Shown one piece after another: positions 35,495-58,026 of a DNA stretch of 64,000 bases; the first letter of the stretch is position 1; every line of letters starts with the position of its first letter. The notes under the pieces were generated by a model. That model had not been told where the DNA came from. It made no database searches and was given only the letters and a program-made list of their open reading frames with translations. Position numbers and translations under genes: made by a program. Origin of the DNA: the human T2T-CHM13v2.0 reference genome, Homo sapiens; assembly GCF_009914755.1 (NCBI RefSeq), contig NC_060925.1; one strand, given 5' to 3'.

Positions 35495-35805
35495 TGATAA
35501 AGCAGTTAGTCAGCAGAGTAGTTTCAAGGCAGATTAGATAAACCATACTTGAGAACAGCAGAAGGAATCCCACCACACCCACATTCAAGGGAACTTTCCC
35601 AGAGGCTTGGATAAACCCAGCTCTCTGCCCTCCTCCCTCAGCAGCCACCACACAAGACCAGATTTATCTTTGGAAACCAAGCCAGTTATCTTCCATACCC
35701 AGTTCTCTCTGCAACACGTAGATCTGGAGGGCATTATCATATCACAATGTGTGTAAAATGCATAAAGAGCAGGCTATCTCATCTGTGAATTAGAAGGATG
35801 ATTGG
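35495..35805. promoter_or_regulatory. Candidate GATA/KLF enhancer
   Basis: six WGATAR motifs, CCACACCC, inverted CCAAT. Confidence 0.35.
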
Positions 35806-36989
35806 TGTGAGGAGTCAAGAAGTTCAACATTGAAGACTTTCAGTGGTGGGTGGGCGGGGGGCAGTGAAGTGGGGGTACATTCGAAAAGTCTTCGTATAAT
35901 TAGGAGAAAGGTTGGCAGCTTCGCACCCATCTAGCAGCCCAGACCCAGTGCTTCCATGCAGAGCTCTCAGCCTGCAGGCTCCTCGGAGAGCCTCTGGAAT
36001 TCCTTCTGACTGGCTGGAAGGGTGCCTTCCCAAGCAAGGCTCCTCTGAATGGGGGTTTGCTTTGTCCCTGCTCAGCCAGCCTCCAAACCAGTCAGGTTCT
36101 GGTATGAGAGAGAAGAGCCCCTGCTTCCTATTTGGTGAGCACTGAACTTCTGAACTTGTGAGTGCTTATGATGTTGTGAGGGCTGCTCACTCAAATAAAC
36201 CATTTCTGACCTTTTTCTTTCTTTTTTTTTTTTTTTTGGCTTGAGTCAAATTTCCTCTTTCTCTGGGTTCATGAGGATTTAAAAATACAGTATCATCCAA
36301 TTTGAACTTCTCCAACCCTCTCATTTGACAAGGAAACTGGGGCCAAATAATGAAATGACTAGCCTCAGGTTACACTTTGTGAGTAATAGAGCTCTTCAGT
36401 TCCTCCACATTCCTTCTTGTCTTTGAATTAGTATCATCAACTCGTTAACATCAGGAGCTATCAGAACAAGTAGGACTTGCCTATTAAAGGGTCCCTGTCT
36501 TGAATGCCACAGAGAGAGATTTATCAAAAAAGAAATAACAGCAATAATAATAAATTATTATATGTGTAATATATTTTTATTTTTTAATGTAATAACTATT
36601 ATTATAATGATAACATGCCAGGCACTGATCTAAGTGCTCTAGACCCTGTTAGTATCTGTTGCTTTTTTCTCTCTTTCTTGCTTTGCATTCTCGTGAATTG
36701 ATTTTTTTTTCCAATTTCATTTCCCTTAACTTGTTTGGAAAGTATATGCATTGTGTTTCTTATTTCAGGGGTTACACTAGCTTGTTTAGCATTCTGACCT
36801 AAGGTGAAGTCTGAAGTTGATATCTTTACCTCACTCCTAAATAATCAAGAACTTTGGACAACTTTAATTCTAGTATAAGCCCAGTATGTTAATTCTCTTT
36901 TTTCCCTCCAAAAGTTGAACATTGTTATAGTTTGTTGTTCCATAGTCAATGTTTGCTGAGATATGCCCTCATATTCCATATTCACTGCT

Positions 36990-37296
36990 CCTTTTTATTT
37001 ATTTATTTTTTTGAGACAGGGTCTCACTGTGTTATCCAGGCTGGAGTTCAGTGGCGCACACAGGCTCACTGCAGCCTTGACCTCCTGGCCTCAAGTGATC
37101 CTCCCACCTCAGCCACCCAAGTAACTGGGACTACAGGCGCATGCCACTGCATCTTTTTTTTTTTTTTTTTTTTTTTTTAAGAGATGAGGTCTCACTATGT
37201 TCACCTGGCTGGTCTCAAACTTCTGGTCTCAAGTGATTCTCCAGCCTTTGGCCTCCCAAAGCACTGGATTACAGGCATGAGCCACCGCATCCATCC
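36990..37296 (-). mobile_element. AluJ
   Basis: reverse Alu consensus. Confidence 0.9.
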
Positions 37297-37346
37297 ACTC
37301 ACCACTCTTTTTTGCATCTTGGGCTTTTCAGTTTTTATTCTCTTAA

Positions 37347-37749
<403 letters not shown>

Positions 37750-38746
37750 GAAAATATTCTTTATATAATTTGTTTTTCTTGAAATATAACCTCACTGGGT
37801 GTGAAATTCTGGGTTGATAGCCATTTTCTCTCAACACATCAAAGAAATTATAACATAGTATTCTCTTAATTGTTCTTAAAAAGTGAACTATATGCCTAAT
37901 TGCCCATTTTCTTGTAGGTGATTTGTCTTTTCTCCCTGGAAGCTTTTACGAGTCTCCTCTCTCTCTCTCTCTCTCGTTTATGTGAATATCCTGCAGTTTC
38001 ACTATGATGTCTCTAGGTGAAAAGTTTCTTTAATATATCCTGCTTGAGATTCACTGGGTTCCCTGGATCTGAGAAATACTGTTCTTTTCCATTCTCATTA
38101 TTATTTCCTTCTGCAACTGTTTGCTGACTTTCATACTCTAGTCTTAGTCTCTTTATAACACATCCCTCTTTCTAGCTCTCTCTAATACATGTGGATAATA
38201 TCTTCAGATCCAGTTTTTTAATTCTTTCTTCAGCTATGTTTAGTTTCTTTTTAGTGCATTGAGATTTTTAAAAGCAGCTTTATTGAGGCATCAACATAAA
38301 ATCAGCTGCACATATTTAAATTGTACATTTTGATAGATTTTGATATGTGAATGTGCTTATGAAACGATTACTACAACCAAGATAATGAGTAAATCCTTCG
38401 CCTCCAAAAGTTTCTCATGCCCCTTTCTAATGTTTTCCTCTCATCTTTCCCTACCCTCACTCCCCGCCAAGCAACCATTAATTTGCCTTCTGTCATTATT
38501 AGTTTGCATTTTCTAGAATTGTATAGTACAAAGTCATACAATACAACTTCTTTTTTTGGTCTGACTTTTTTCACTGAGCAAAATTATTTGAAAGTTTATT
38601 CATGTGTTTATCAATAGTTCATTTCTTTTTATTGCTGTATAGTACTCCACTGTATGGATAGACCACAGTTTGTCTTGTCATTTGGGCATTTCCAGTTCTT
38701 GGCTATTACAAATAAAATTGCTATAAACATTCATGTAGATCTTTAA

Positions 38747-40200
<1,454 letters not shown>

Positions 40201-40219
40201 CGTTTTACATGTATATACC

Positions 40220-43962
<3,743 letters not shown>

Positions 43963-44109
43963 TGCAATTTTTAAATGTTAAACCAAGCTTGTATCCCTGG
44001 AATAAAATTCTCCTGGTTACAATGTATAATCCTTTTTATATATTGTTGAATCTGATTGGCTAAAACTGTTACAAAGTTTTGCATCTATGTTTATGAAAGA
44101 TATTGGTAG

Positions 44110-44360
44110 ACTGAGGCAGGAGGATTGCTTGAGCACAGGAGATTGACACCAGCCTGGGCAACATAGTGAGACACTGTCTCTATAAAAAATACATTTTAAA
44201 AATTAACCAGGTGTGGCAGCATGAGCCTGTAGTCCCAGCTACTGAGGAGGCTGAGGTAGGAGGATTGCTTGGGCCCAGGAGTTTGAGGCTGCAGTGAGCT
44301 ATGATTACATCATTGCACTTCAGCCTGGGCACCAGCAGGGAAAGCCCTGTTTCAAAAACC

Positions 44361-44431
<71 letters not shown>
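44110..44431 (+). mobile_element. 5'-truncated AluJ with about 70-bp (GA)n tail
   Basis: Alu to about 44360; (GA)n at 44361-44431. Confidence 0.92.
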
Positions 44432-44438
<7 letters not shown>

Positions 44439-44584
44439 GTTTTCTTGTAAATGCCTTTCTCTGGTTTTGATACCAGGGTAATGCTGGTTTCATAGATTGT
44501 GATGAAAAATATTTCCTTCTCTTCACTTATCTGGAAGAGTTTTTATAGAATTTGTATTATTTCTTCTGTAAATTTTTGGTAGAA

Positions 44585-44920
44585 CAAGGAAAAATGGGGA
44601 GGTATTGGTCAAAGGGTACAAAGTTTCAGTTATACAAGATAAATCCCAGAGATCTACTGTACAGCATAGTGCCTATGTTAACAGCACTGTATTATATACT
44701 TGAAACTTTGCTAAGAGAGTAGATGTTAAGTGTTATCACACATATATACACACAAATAATAATAATAAATAAAGAGGGCAGGAAATGACTTTTGAAAGTG
44801 ATGGACATGTTTATGACATTGATTATAGTGATGTTTTTATGGGTATATACTTATCCCCAAACTCATCAAGTTGGATACATTAAATACATACAGCTTTTTG
44901 TACTTCAATAAAGTGGTTAA
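44585..44920 (+). mobile_element. L1MA/MB 3' end fragment
   Basis: ggtcaaagggtacaaagtttcagtta..gctaagagagtagat..caataaag. Confidence 0.75.
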
Positions 44921-44936
44921 AGAATATTTAGGATTG

Positions 44937-45072
44937 TGCAGAATGCAGTGGCTCACACCTGTAATCCCAGCACTTTGGGAGGCTGAGACAGGAGGATCAC
45001 TGGAGTGCACCACTGCACTCCAGCCTGAGTGACAGAATGAGACCCTGTCTAAAAAAAAAAAAAAAAAAAAAA
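44937..45072 (+). mobile_element. Internally deleted Alu
   Basis: 5' left arm joined to 3' end; TSD aggattgtg. Confidence 0.85.
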
Positions 45073-45177
45073 GGATTGTGACATTTTCTTGGAGAATTGT
45101 CGCCTTTATCTCTTTGAAATGACCTTCTTTATCTCTGGTATATTCTTTGCTATGAAATCTGTTTTGACTGACATTAA

Positions 45178-45493
<316 letters not shown>

Positions 45494-45665
45494 AGCTTTC
45501 TTTCAGTTAGTATTATCATGGTATATCTCCTTCCATTCTTTTAGTTTTAATCTCTTTGTTTCTATTTTTAAAACGAATTTTTTTGAAGCCAACATATAAT
45601 TAGATCTTGCTTTTTTATCTACTCAGATAATCTCTGACTTTGAATTGGGGTGTTTGGAATTGTCA

Positions 45666-45817
45666 TGTCCAATACAATATGTGTAGCAACTAGCCATATA
45701 TTCCTATTTAAATTTAAATTAATTAAAATTAAACACAATTTTAAAATCAGTCACACCAGCCACATTTCAAGTGTTCAATAGCCAAATGTGGCTAGTGGCT
45801 ACTGTATTGGACAGCAC
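45666..45817 (-). mobile_element. MER3-like hAT-Charlie MITE
   Basis: tgtccaata..ctagcca and tggctagtggctactgtattggacagc inverted ends. Confidence 0.8.
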
Positions 45818-45880
45818 CGGTTACGTCATTTGCATTTATATATAATGGGGATTATTGATATGGTTTGGTTTGAGTTGTAA

Positions 45881-48332
<2,452 letters not shown>

Positions 48333-49290
48333 TGATCTACTTTTTAAGCCACAGAGATGTTTTTCTTAATATTGATGGAACACAGTGGCTTTCATATTTT
48401 AGAGGAGGCACTGAAAGCAAGGTAAGCAGAGAAAAGATTTTATGGGGTAAGTCTTTCCACTTCAGAGTTCCAACACATGGGCTCCCATCAGCTCACTCCA
48501 TATCCATGATAGGTTTAATCAGATTCAGGTTTAATCTATAATGAAATAATCGTGCAGAAACCGACTTCATGATACTGGCAGTCAGAACTCTCAGATCTCC
48601 CTTGTTCTCTATTATTTCCAAAGGTGACCTTTGTTTGCTTGAGACACAAAACCAGTTCCTTCATCTGAATTGTCTTTTACACCCTCACGTATCTAATAGG
48701 ACTTTCTCTCAAATACAGACTTTGGATGTCATTTTCTTCATTTTGGGGGGTTGGTGGCTTTTGTCCTTAGCAGCTGTGGCCTTAGACTTTATCTAGGTTT
48801 GCAATCAGGAAGCTGTGATACTTCCTGAGACTGTTCTGGGTAAAATTTACACAATACAAGTTGAGTTCTCTTTCTTCACTTAGGAGTTGCTCTGGGCTCT
48901 TGAAAGGACAGGCTGTGCTCTGTCCAGTTTGCTACAGGTTGAATCCAACAGTTGGTAAGAACCAGCCTCTGTGGTTTACAGCTACTTGTGCTTCCTGAGC
49001 AACACTCGTGGAGAATTTGGAAAGAAGGCAATGATTAGGATTAGAGTCTAGAAAACCGTTAAGAAGGAGGAAGTTTATCAACTTAGTGGGAGTAAATCTC
49101 CAAACCACTCTCAGAATGCTAACACGCACAGTTTCTCTTTGCCATGACCAATCGTCAGGCTGTTGAAGGAAACCAACCTAATAGCAGAGGCAAAGGGAGA
49201 AGCTGGAGAAGAATAATCATTTAAAAATATTCACATCCTTTGACCAAATAAATAAGTCAGGAATGGACATTGTTAGGTGCCCCCCCCAAC

Positions 49291-49818
49291 TTTTTTTTGT
49301 TGTTGTTGTTGAGATGGAGTCTTGCTGTCACCCAGGCTAGAGTACAGTGGCACCATCTCAGCTCACTGCAACCTCCACCTCCTGGGTTTGAGTGATCCTC
49401 CTGCCTCAGTCCCAAGTAGCTGGGCTTACAAGTATGTGCCACCACGCCCACCTAATTTTTTTTTTTTTGTATTTTTAGTAGAGATGGGGTTTCGCAGTGT
49501 TGGCCAGGCTGGTCTCAAACTCCTGACCTCAAGTGATCCACCCACCTTGGCCCCCCAAAGTGCTGGAATTACTGTGCCCGGCCCTAGAGCCACTTATTAT
49601 ACACAAGTTTTTCCATTTGTGAAATGCTCCCAAAGTTGTAACCATCATTCTGTATTTATTTCTTGACTTATAGACAGGGTCTCCCTCTGTTGCCCAGGCT
49701 GGAGTGCAGTGGTGCAATCATAGCTCACTATAACCTCCAACTCCTAGGCTCAAGCAATCCTCCTGCCTCAGCCTCCCACAGTGCTGTGATAACAAGCATG
49801 AGTCACTGTGCTTGACCC
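49291..49818 (-). mobile_element. AluS (49291-49583) and Alu monomer (49655-49818)
   Basis: reverse Alu consensus. Confidence 0.9.
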
Positions 49819-51109
49819 TATCACTCTATATTTAAAAGTTATTTCCTTGCTGGGTACACCTTGGAACTCTCTGATGAATTAATCTATTTTTATATTTATT
49901 GATACAAATTTTAATACTATTTTAAATACTATTAAAAGTTTCATGAGCTTATTATTAAGTTTGTGTGCTAGGAGTCTAGTTTCTGGGCCTTCATCCCCAG
50001 AGTGCTGTCTTTGTCTCCTGTTGGTGAGAGGACTTAAAGGAGTAGGAGAGGGGAAAATACACAAGTTGGAGTCTGTGTAAGCAGATTTGGTAAATGAAAA
50101 TGAGAGAACAGGGTGGCCTGAGGTTTGGGATGATGTCTGAATTAGAGGTGTTCAGCTTTGCCAGCCTCCACAAACAATAGTAATACAGAAGAAAATGTCA
50201 ACTCACTGCCTATCAGAAAATAGCATAAATAATGCCTTTGACGACTATAGTATCTGTTCTCTGAAATTTAAAGTATTGCCTCACCAAATCCCATAACACC
50301 TCCTGTGAAGTGAATAGGATAAGTATTAGCATTTCCACTTGAAACCCCTTATTTCAGTTAGGAGTAGATTAGGGGTAGGGAGAAAAGCAGAAGAACCAGA
50401 TATCTAGGAAAGAGACTGCCTGATCCTCATGAGGCTGAACTTGTCCACACATCTCATGCCTTTTCACGATCACATGCCCAGAAGACCTGATTCAAATCTT
50501 GTCTTCACCATTTAGTACCTCTCTGAGTTTCAGTTTTCTCATGCATAATACAGATGTAATGACAATCATCTAACAGGAATGTTAAATTGGGAAAATATTG
50601 GCAAAACGCTTGACACATAATAGGTGTTTAAGATATGTATGATCTCTTCCCTTCCCCGACAGTTCACAAAAGCGAAATTATTATCACATGTTTTCTATAA
50701 TTGGAAGGGAACAAAAGTAGTAGAATATCCCTAAGGTTGGCAGATACCACAGTCAAACCACACTCCATTTAAGATGTGCTAAACAAGGTATTTAAGAAAG
50801 TGACCACATGGGGGAATAAAAGAGACATTTATAATGGCAACCCAAAGAGGCAAACCCCACAAGGACACAATGAAAACTGAAACCACAATAATCTCTAAAT
50901 AGAGAAGTAATAATTGTAGCCTATATTTAAGTGTACGGGAAGCAAAGGTTTAGGTGGGTAGGGTTGTCTGCCATGGCAATCATGCTTATTATTTCAAAAT
51001 TTGTGGAGAGAACTAGAACTATTTTTTTTAAGTCACAAAACATTTCAGGTCTTTCCACTCTTATTGAAAAAAAAAAAAGTACAGAAATAAAAGAAGTAAT
51101 AAAAAGTGA

Positions 51110-51467
<358 letters not shown>

Positions 51468-52049
51468 AACATAATAAAAATTTCTAAGTGGATTTGAAAT
51501 AGGTGGTCAAGTTACAATAAAAAAGAATCATCGATATCTGCAGGGAGTTCTATCTGCAATCAAAAATGAAATGTGTAATCCCACTTTCCAAATGCTGCCA
51601 GAAAACATATTTGCACTTCTGATTTTAGAATCAATAAGTTAGTTAACAAAGAATACAGCTTTGCCCCTGGACACTAGTAAGTTGCTGGATCAGGTGCCTC
51701 ATACAATTGTACTTATTCAGGGACATAGAGAAGCCTGGTCTCCATCAGGCAGATGGAAACAACTTGGGCTATGGCAGCAAAGGGCACCAGGCAATGGAAT
51801 AGTCCTGGGCTTGGGAGAGGTGGTCTGTAAATTGCTGCCGTCAGCAATGAGTGGCTAATTTCTTAAATATCCTTGTGAATTTTTAAGAGAAAAAAATACA
51901 CCAGGATAGACTTAATTGAATGTATGTGATTTAATAAGGATAAGAATAATAAGATTATCAGGGTTTCCAGAATAAAATTTTGTCATGATCTAATTGAGAA
52001 ATAAAATCAACCAGTGACGTGAGCTGACCCCAAAGAAATAGTACAAATA

Positions 52050-52390
52050 ATCTGAGATCAGCCTTGAAAACCAGACTGCCTGGGGTTTAATACCAGCTGT
52101 GTCACATATTCACTATGTGACCTTGGAAAGATGGTTAACTTTTCTGTGCCTTAGTTTACTCGCCTATAAAATGGTGATAATAATGATAGATACTTTGTTT
52201 CAGAGGAATATTGCTAGGATTAAATGAGAAAATGTATGCAGAGCATTTAGTTCATTTCTTAACATAGAGCAAAGTCTTAATAAGTGGTGGTAGTTATTCA
52301 TATTAGAAGATATCAATAATGATAAAAATAGTCATGACAGCGGGTTATTTATTGAGTGCCCACTCTGCACCAGACTCTTGACATAGATGA
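52050..52390. mobile_element. MIR
   Basis: ccagactgcctgggg..tgtgaccttgga..ctgtgccttagttt..ggattaaatgagaaaatgtatg. Confidence 0.8.
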
Positions 52391-52909
52391 TATGGTATAT
52401 ATATTTTTCCTGCAGATTTACCTTACAAATTGGGTTTAATATTTAAGGTGAGGTTGTGAGCAAAGGAAACCAGACTTTTCAAAGGGACGATGATCACAGT
52501 GAAACTGAAAGCATAAATTAAGGAAAGATCAGTTATGCCCTTTTTTTCAGGGACAAGTTTCAGGAATCCAGATTTTCTTTATTTGATAGACACATATGGA
52601 GTAACTCTTAGACTCCGCTGGACTAAAAAGAGACAGCTACACTCTCCAGTTAGAAATGGCTGTTCATACTCTGAAACTGATCATCATCTAATGTAAGTAC
52701 AGTATGGCATATCTCTAAGATAAATGGAGAAAGTGCAACCCAACTGAACGCTGATGGCAGTTGCTTCCTGGCTTGGAGAAACAGCGATTGCATTCTTAGT
52801 TTTAACCTTTCTGGGCCCCAAGCTTAGGATAATATAGTCTATTATTGGCCTGTTTCTCATATTATTCTGAAATTTCTAGTGTCTACCTTGTAAGAGAAAA
52901 ACATTACTA

Positions 52910-53269
<360 letters not shown>

Positions 53270-54038
53270 CTATTGCACTGAACTTAGGCTAAATTTAACA
53301 ACATTTAAGTAATATTTATTCATTTAAAAAAATACTTGCTTTATAGGCCCTAGAGATGCAGTAGTAAATAAGATAGACATGATCTCTGACTCATGGGAAG
53401 TCAGATAATAAACAAGAAAACAAGTAAATAAATCACAAATCATCAGAAAATGCAGAAAGGAAGGCAATTTGTGAACAGAATGACTCTGACACAAGCCAGT
53501 CTTTTGTGAAGCCCTCTTCCAGGCTAATCTGGGCCCAGGATGTATATAGTCTCTGTCCCTCTCAGATGGTACTCCAACATCTTAGGGGAGGAGCCCTAGG
53601 GGTCATGGCTTTTCACAGCATGAGAATCAGAAGGAGAGGAAATAAGGGGGAAATGTCATGGCCACATTAGTGTTCGCACACACACACCCAGGAAGGGGTG
53701 CCGGCACTATGACCTAGGGTAAGGCTATACTCTGTAGGGGTGTGGCTGTCATCCTGATTCTTGGGAACATGAGGAAGTGAATGAATTTCCCAGGCACTGC
53801 AGGTGTCGGTTAGAAAATCCTTGGGGGAACTCTGATTCTTGTTCTTCCCTCTTGGGCTGGGAGAGACCACCTCCAAGCTGGGTGTTTCCAGGGCCCAGCC
53901 AAGGTTTTGATAGAATCATAGGACTTAGATGGTCAGAGCTGGAAAGTCCCTTCGAGAGCATTTGACACATCCTCCTCACTTTACAAAGAAGAAAACAAAC
54001 TCAGAGACAGGATAACCCCAAGTTTAAAAGCTAGCTAG

Positions 54039-54339
54039 GGACCAGGCATGGTGGCTCACACCTGTAATCCCAGCACTTTGAGAGGCCAAGGTGGGAGGAT
54101 TGCTTGAGGCCAGGAGCTCCAGGCCAGCCTGGGTAAGAGGAGACCCTGTCTCTACAAAAAATAAAAAAATTAGCGGGGGATGATGGTGCACATCTGTAGT
54201 CTTAGTTACTTGGGAGGCTGAAGCAGGGGGACTGCTTGAGCCCAGGGTGTTGAGGCTGCAGTGAGCCATAATGGTGTAATTCCAGTCTAGCCTGGGTGAC
54301 AAAACAAGATCCTGTCTCTTTAAAAAAAAAAAAAAAAAA
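54039..54339 (+). mobile_element. AluJ
   Basis: full dimer. Confidence 0.93.
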
Positions 54340-54354
54340 GACTCACTAGAGGCT

Positions 54355-54760
54355 CACCATTTTTTCTTCCTTAACAGAAAGGAAAATTACATTTCCCAGC
54401 ATTCTTTGCAGCAAGGTTGGGATTTTGTGTTGAGATCTGATCAAAGGAAAGTGAACAGAAGCAATCTATACATTGCCCAGTCTGGCTTTACAAAGGTCCC
54501 ATATGATCCTCTACACACCTTCTGTCTTCATTCATCAGCCAGCTAAATGCAGACAATGCAGAAGAGAACAAGAAATCCCTGGAAGATGGCAGCATTGCAA
54601 GATAGAAGGAATTGGGAGCTCTCAATCACCAGTGAAGAAAGCAGCCTGAACACACTCAAATTCACTGTGATATGTTAATTATTTATTTATTATGTAAGCT
54701 ACTGCAATTTTGGAGTTATTCGTTACAGCACTAGTGCTCTTTACTCTGATAAATATACTG
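54355..54760 (+). mobile_element. MaLR LTR, MLT1-like
   Basis: acatttcccagcattctttgcagc..gaagatggcagc..gttacagca. Confidence 0.65.
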
Positions 54761-54774
54761 GCAATTTGGAGACC

Positions 54775-55055
54775 ATGATGGTTAGTTTTTGTGTCAGTTT
54801 GACTGGGCCTCAGGTGCCCAGAAAGTTGGTTAAACATTCTTGCTTGGTATGTCTCTGAGGGTGTTTCTGGATGAGATTAACATTTAAATCAGTAGACTGA
54901 GTAAAGTAGACTGCCTTCCCTAATGTAGGTGGGCCTCATCCAATCAACTGTAGATCTGAACAGAACAAAAAGGCTAACAGGGAACTTTGCCTGTCTGACT
55001 GCTTGATCTGGGACATCTGTCTTTGTCTTCTCCTGGTCTTGAACTGGAACTATAT
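54775..55055 (+). mobile_element. ERVL LTR fragment, MLT2-like
   Basis: tgatggttagtttttgtgtcagtttgactggg..gagggtgtttctggatgagattaacatt..gggcctcatccaatca. Confidence 0.8.
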
Positions 55056-55367
55056 GCAGATAAGTAATCAATATACCATATTTAAGGATCTCCTGACCTC
55101 CAAATTCAATGCAGTTTTTAACTAAACAGTTCTGCTTCTCCAAGCTAATAGAAGGTTCCCTAGGAAAGTTCAGATCCATTTCTCACACCTGGAACCTGCC
55201 AGTCTTGGACCAACAGTGACCAGTGGAAAATAAACCTCCATATAGACCCCAGGGGGTCCTTAGTGATGTACAAAGAATAAGTGTTGTGGGTGCCCTGAAA
55301 TCAAATCAGCTAAACCTTTGACACTAGCATTTGGATTGCAAAGAGTCTTCCAGTTCACTGCCCACTG

Positions 55368-55562
55368 GTTTTTTTGTTTGTTTGTCTGTTTGTTTGGAGA
55401 CAGGGTCTCACTTTATTGCCCAGGGAATTAAAAAAAAAAAAATATCAGGGACCAGGTCTCATTATGTTGTCCAGGCCGGTCACGAACTCTTTGCCTCAAG
55501 AATTCTCCCACTTCAGTCTCCCGAGTCACTGGAATTACAGGCATGAGCCACAATGCCCAGCT
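55368..55562 (-). mobile_element. Degenerate, deleted AluJ
   Basis: Alu end fused to the left arm. Confidence 0.75.
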
Positions 55563-56576
55563 CCTGGATTGAAAGAGTTTTGAAGGTCATCTGGTTCTAC
55601 CTTTATTTTAAACTTTTTATTTTATGTTATTTTATATAGTACCTAAATATATCATGTAAACAATAACCATGCAAAGATGACATGCAAAAATATTACACTG
55701 TGGTGGGACTCCCTCAGCCCAGTTAAGAACCTGTTACTCTTGTTTATTAGAGTCCCATGAACAGTGGTTTTTAGTACAGGGAAAGAGGAAGTTGAGTTTG
55801 TGTGATGTCTCTGGGAAGGTATATCCAAGAGGTGAAACACAGACAATTCTACTAAAGGTTAATGAAAGGATGGTTTCTGGCTCTCCCAAAAAGTCACAAG
55901 AGGCATCCACTCAGATTTTCCTTACTCTAAGAAAAACTGAAGAACTGCTATTGCAGCAAATCTTATAAAGGCGTGCCAATCAGTTCTTCTCAGAAAGGGC
56001 AACCTAGGAAATTGTCTAATTCATGTTAAAAGACAGAATTGAAACTAGGCTTCCTACTTTACCAAAAATTAAAAAACTTCTCAATGAAGTTTGTAAAACT
56101 AGCATCAAGAAACAAACCTAACTTCCTGCTTTTGGGTCTCCTTTACAGTTAAAACAAATGCAAGCTTTAAAAAACCTTGCAAGATAGAATCCTTCCTTGA
56201 ATACCAAAAAATGGACTAGCAGAGTAAAGCAGTAAGCATCATATTGTTTTGGGCAGAGTGAGTACTTTTCTCTCCTGTGTGTGTGTGTAATTCTTTTTTA
56301 TCAGTAAAAGCTCATTGGAAATGAGAAAACAGCAACAGATTCCTATTAGATTAAGTTGCTTAGAGATGAAAAGATCAGGTACATGTACACCACACATACA
56401 TATAGTGAAACAGTATCAGAAATTATATTTTCAATTGGAAATTTTATTTTACTTATGTCTGACTTTAAAAAGGTAAATAATATTGAATTAATGCTATTTA
56501 CAAAGATATATTCCTAAAGCATAAGAACATAAAAAGATTAAAAATAAAAGGACATTAAAAATACCATGTAAAAATA

Positions 56577-56900
56577 GGCCAGCCATAGTGGCTCACACTT
56601 GTAATCGCAGCATTTTGAAGGCCCAAGGTAGATGGATTGCTTGAGGCCAGCAGCTCAAGACCAGTGTGGGAAATATGGTGCAACCCCATCTCTACAAAAA
56701 CTACAAAAATTAGAAGGGTGTGGTGGTATGTGCCTGTGGTCCCAGCCACTCAGGAGGCTAAGGTAGAAGAATCACCTGAGCCAGGGAGGTCAGGGCTGCA
56801 GTGAGCCGAGATAGCACCACTGCACTCCAGCCTAGGCAACCCTGTCTCTAAGGAAAAAAAAAAACTTAAAAAAAAAACAACCAACCAACCAAACAAAAAA
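56577..56900 (+). mobile_element. AluJ
   Basis: diverged dimer. Confidence 0.88.
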
Positions 56901-57714
56901 CTAAAGGCAATGAGTACAATAGAATGATGATTAAAAAAGGAATAATTCACCAGGAATACGAAATAGTTCAAAATTTTATGCACCTAATAACAACCCTCAA
57001 AATAGGTAAAAGAAAAAGAGTTAACAGAATTCAAAGGAGATTTTTCTCAAGCTCACATGGAAAAAAAAAAAAGAACTTAAAGGAAAAATTTATAACTTAA
57101 TAATCACCATGAGAAAGTAAAACCTATCTCTCTCAGTGATTGGTTGATTAAGCAGACCAAAATTATTTAGGATATAGAAAATTCGAACAATATAATCACA
57201 AGCTTAATCATAGTGGAACTTGCACTTGGCAATTAGAATATATACATTCTTTTCAAGCACACATTATCTATAAAAATTGACCATGGAGAAGGCCACAAAA
57301 TAAATCTCAACAAATATTAGAGAATTAATATTATGCAAGTCAGGTTCTCTGATCAAAATATAATTAAATTATAAATCACTTACAAAAATTACTGAAAAAA
57401 CATGTTTAGAATTTTATTTTGCAACTCTAAGCCAGAGATGTTTAGAAATTTTAAATGTACTTCTAAATAATACATCTGTCAAATAAGAAATATTGTTAGA
57501 TAAGATATAGAAATGAATGACAATGAAAATATGCTGCAAAAACTAATAAAATAGGGACCTTTGGCAATATTAAAGAAAAAAGATAAAGGTACAAATGAAC
57601 AATATCAGAAAGAAAAATTGAACATAATTATAGGTGGAGTAGACATTTTTTAAAAATCAGAGAACTCTATGAAATGTCTGTGGCAATTAATTTGGATACT
57701 TATAAATATGCTGA

Positions 57715-58026
<312 letters not shown>

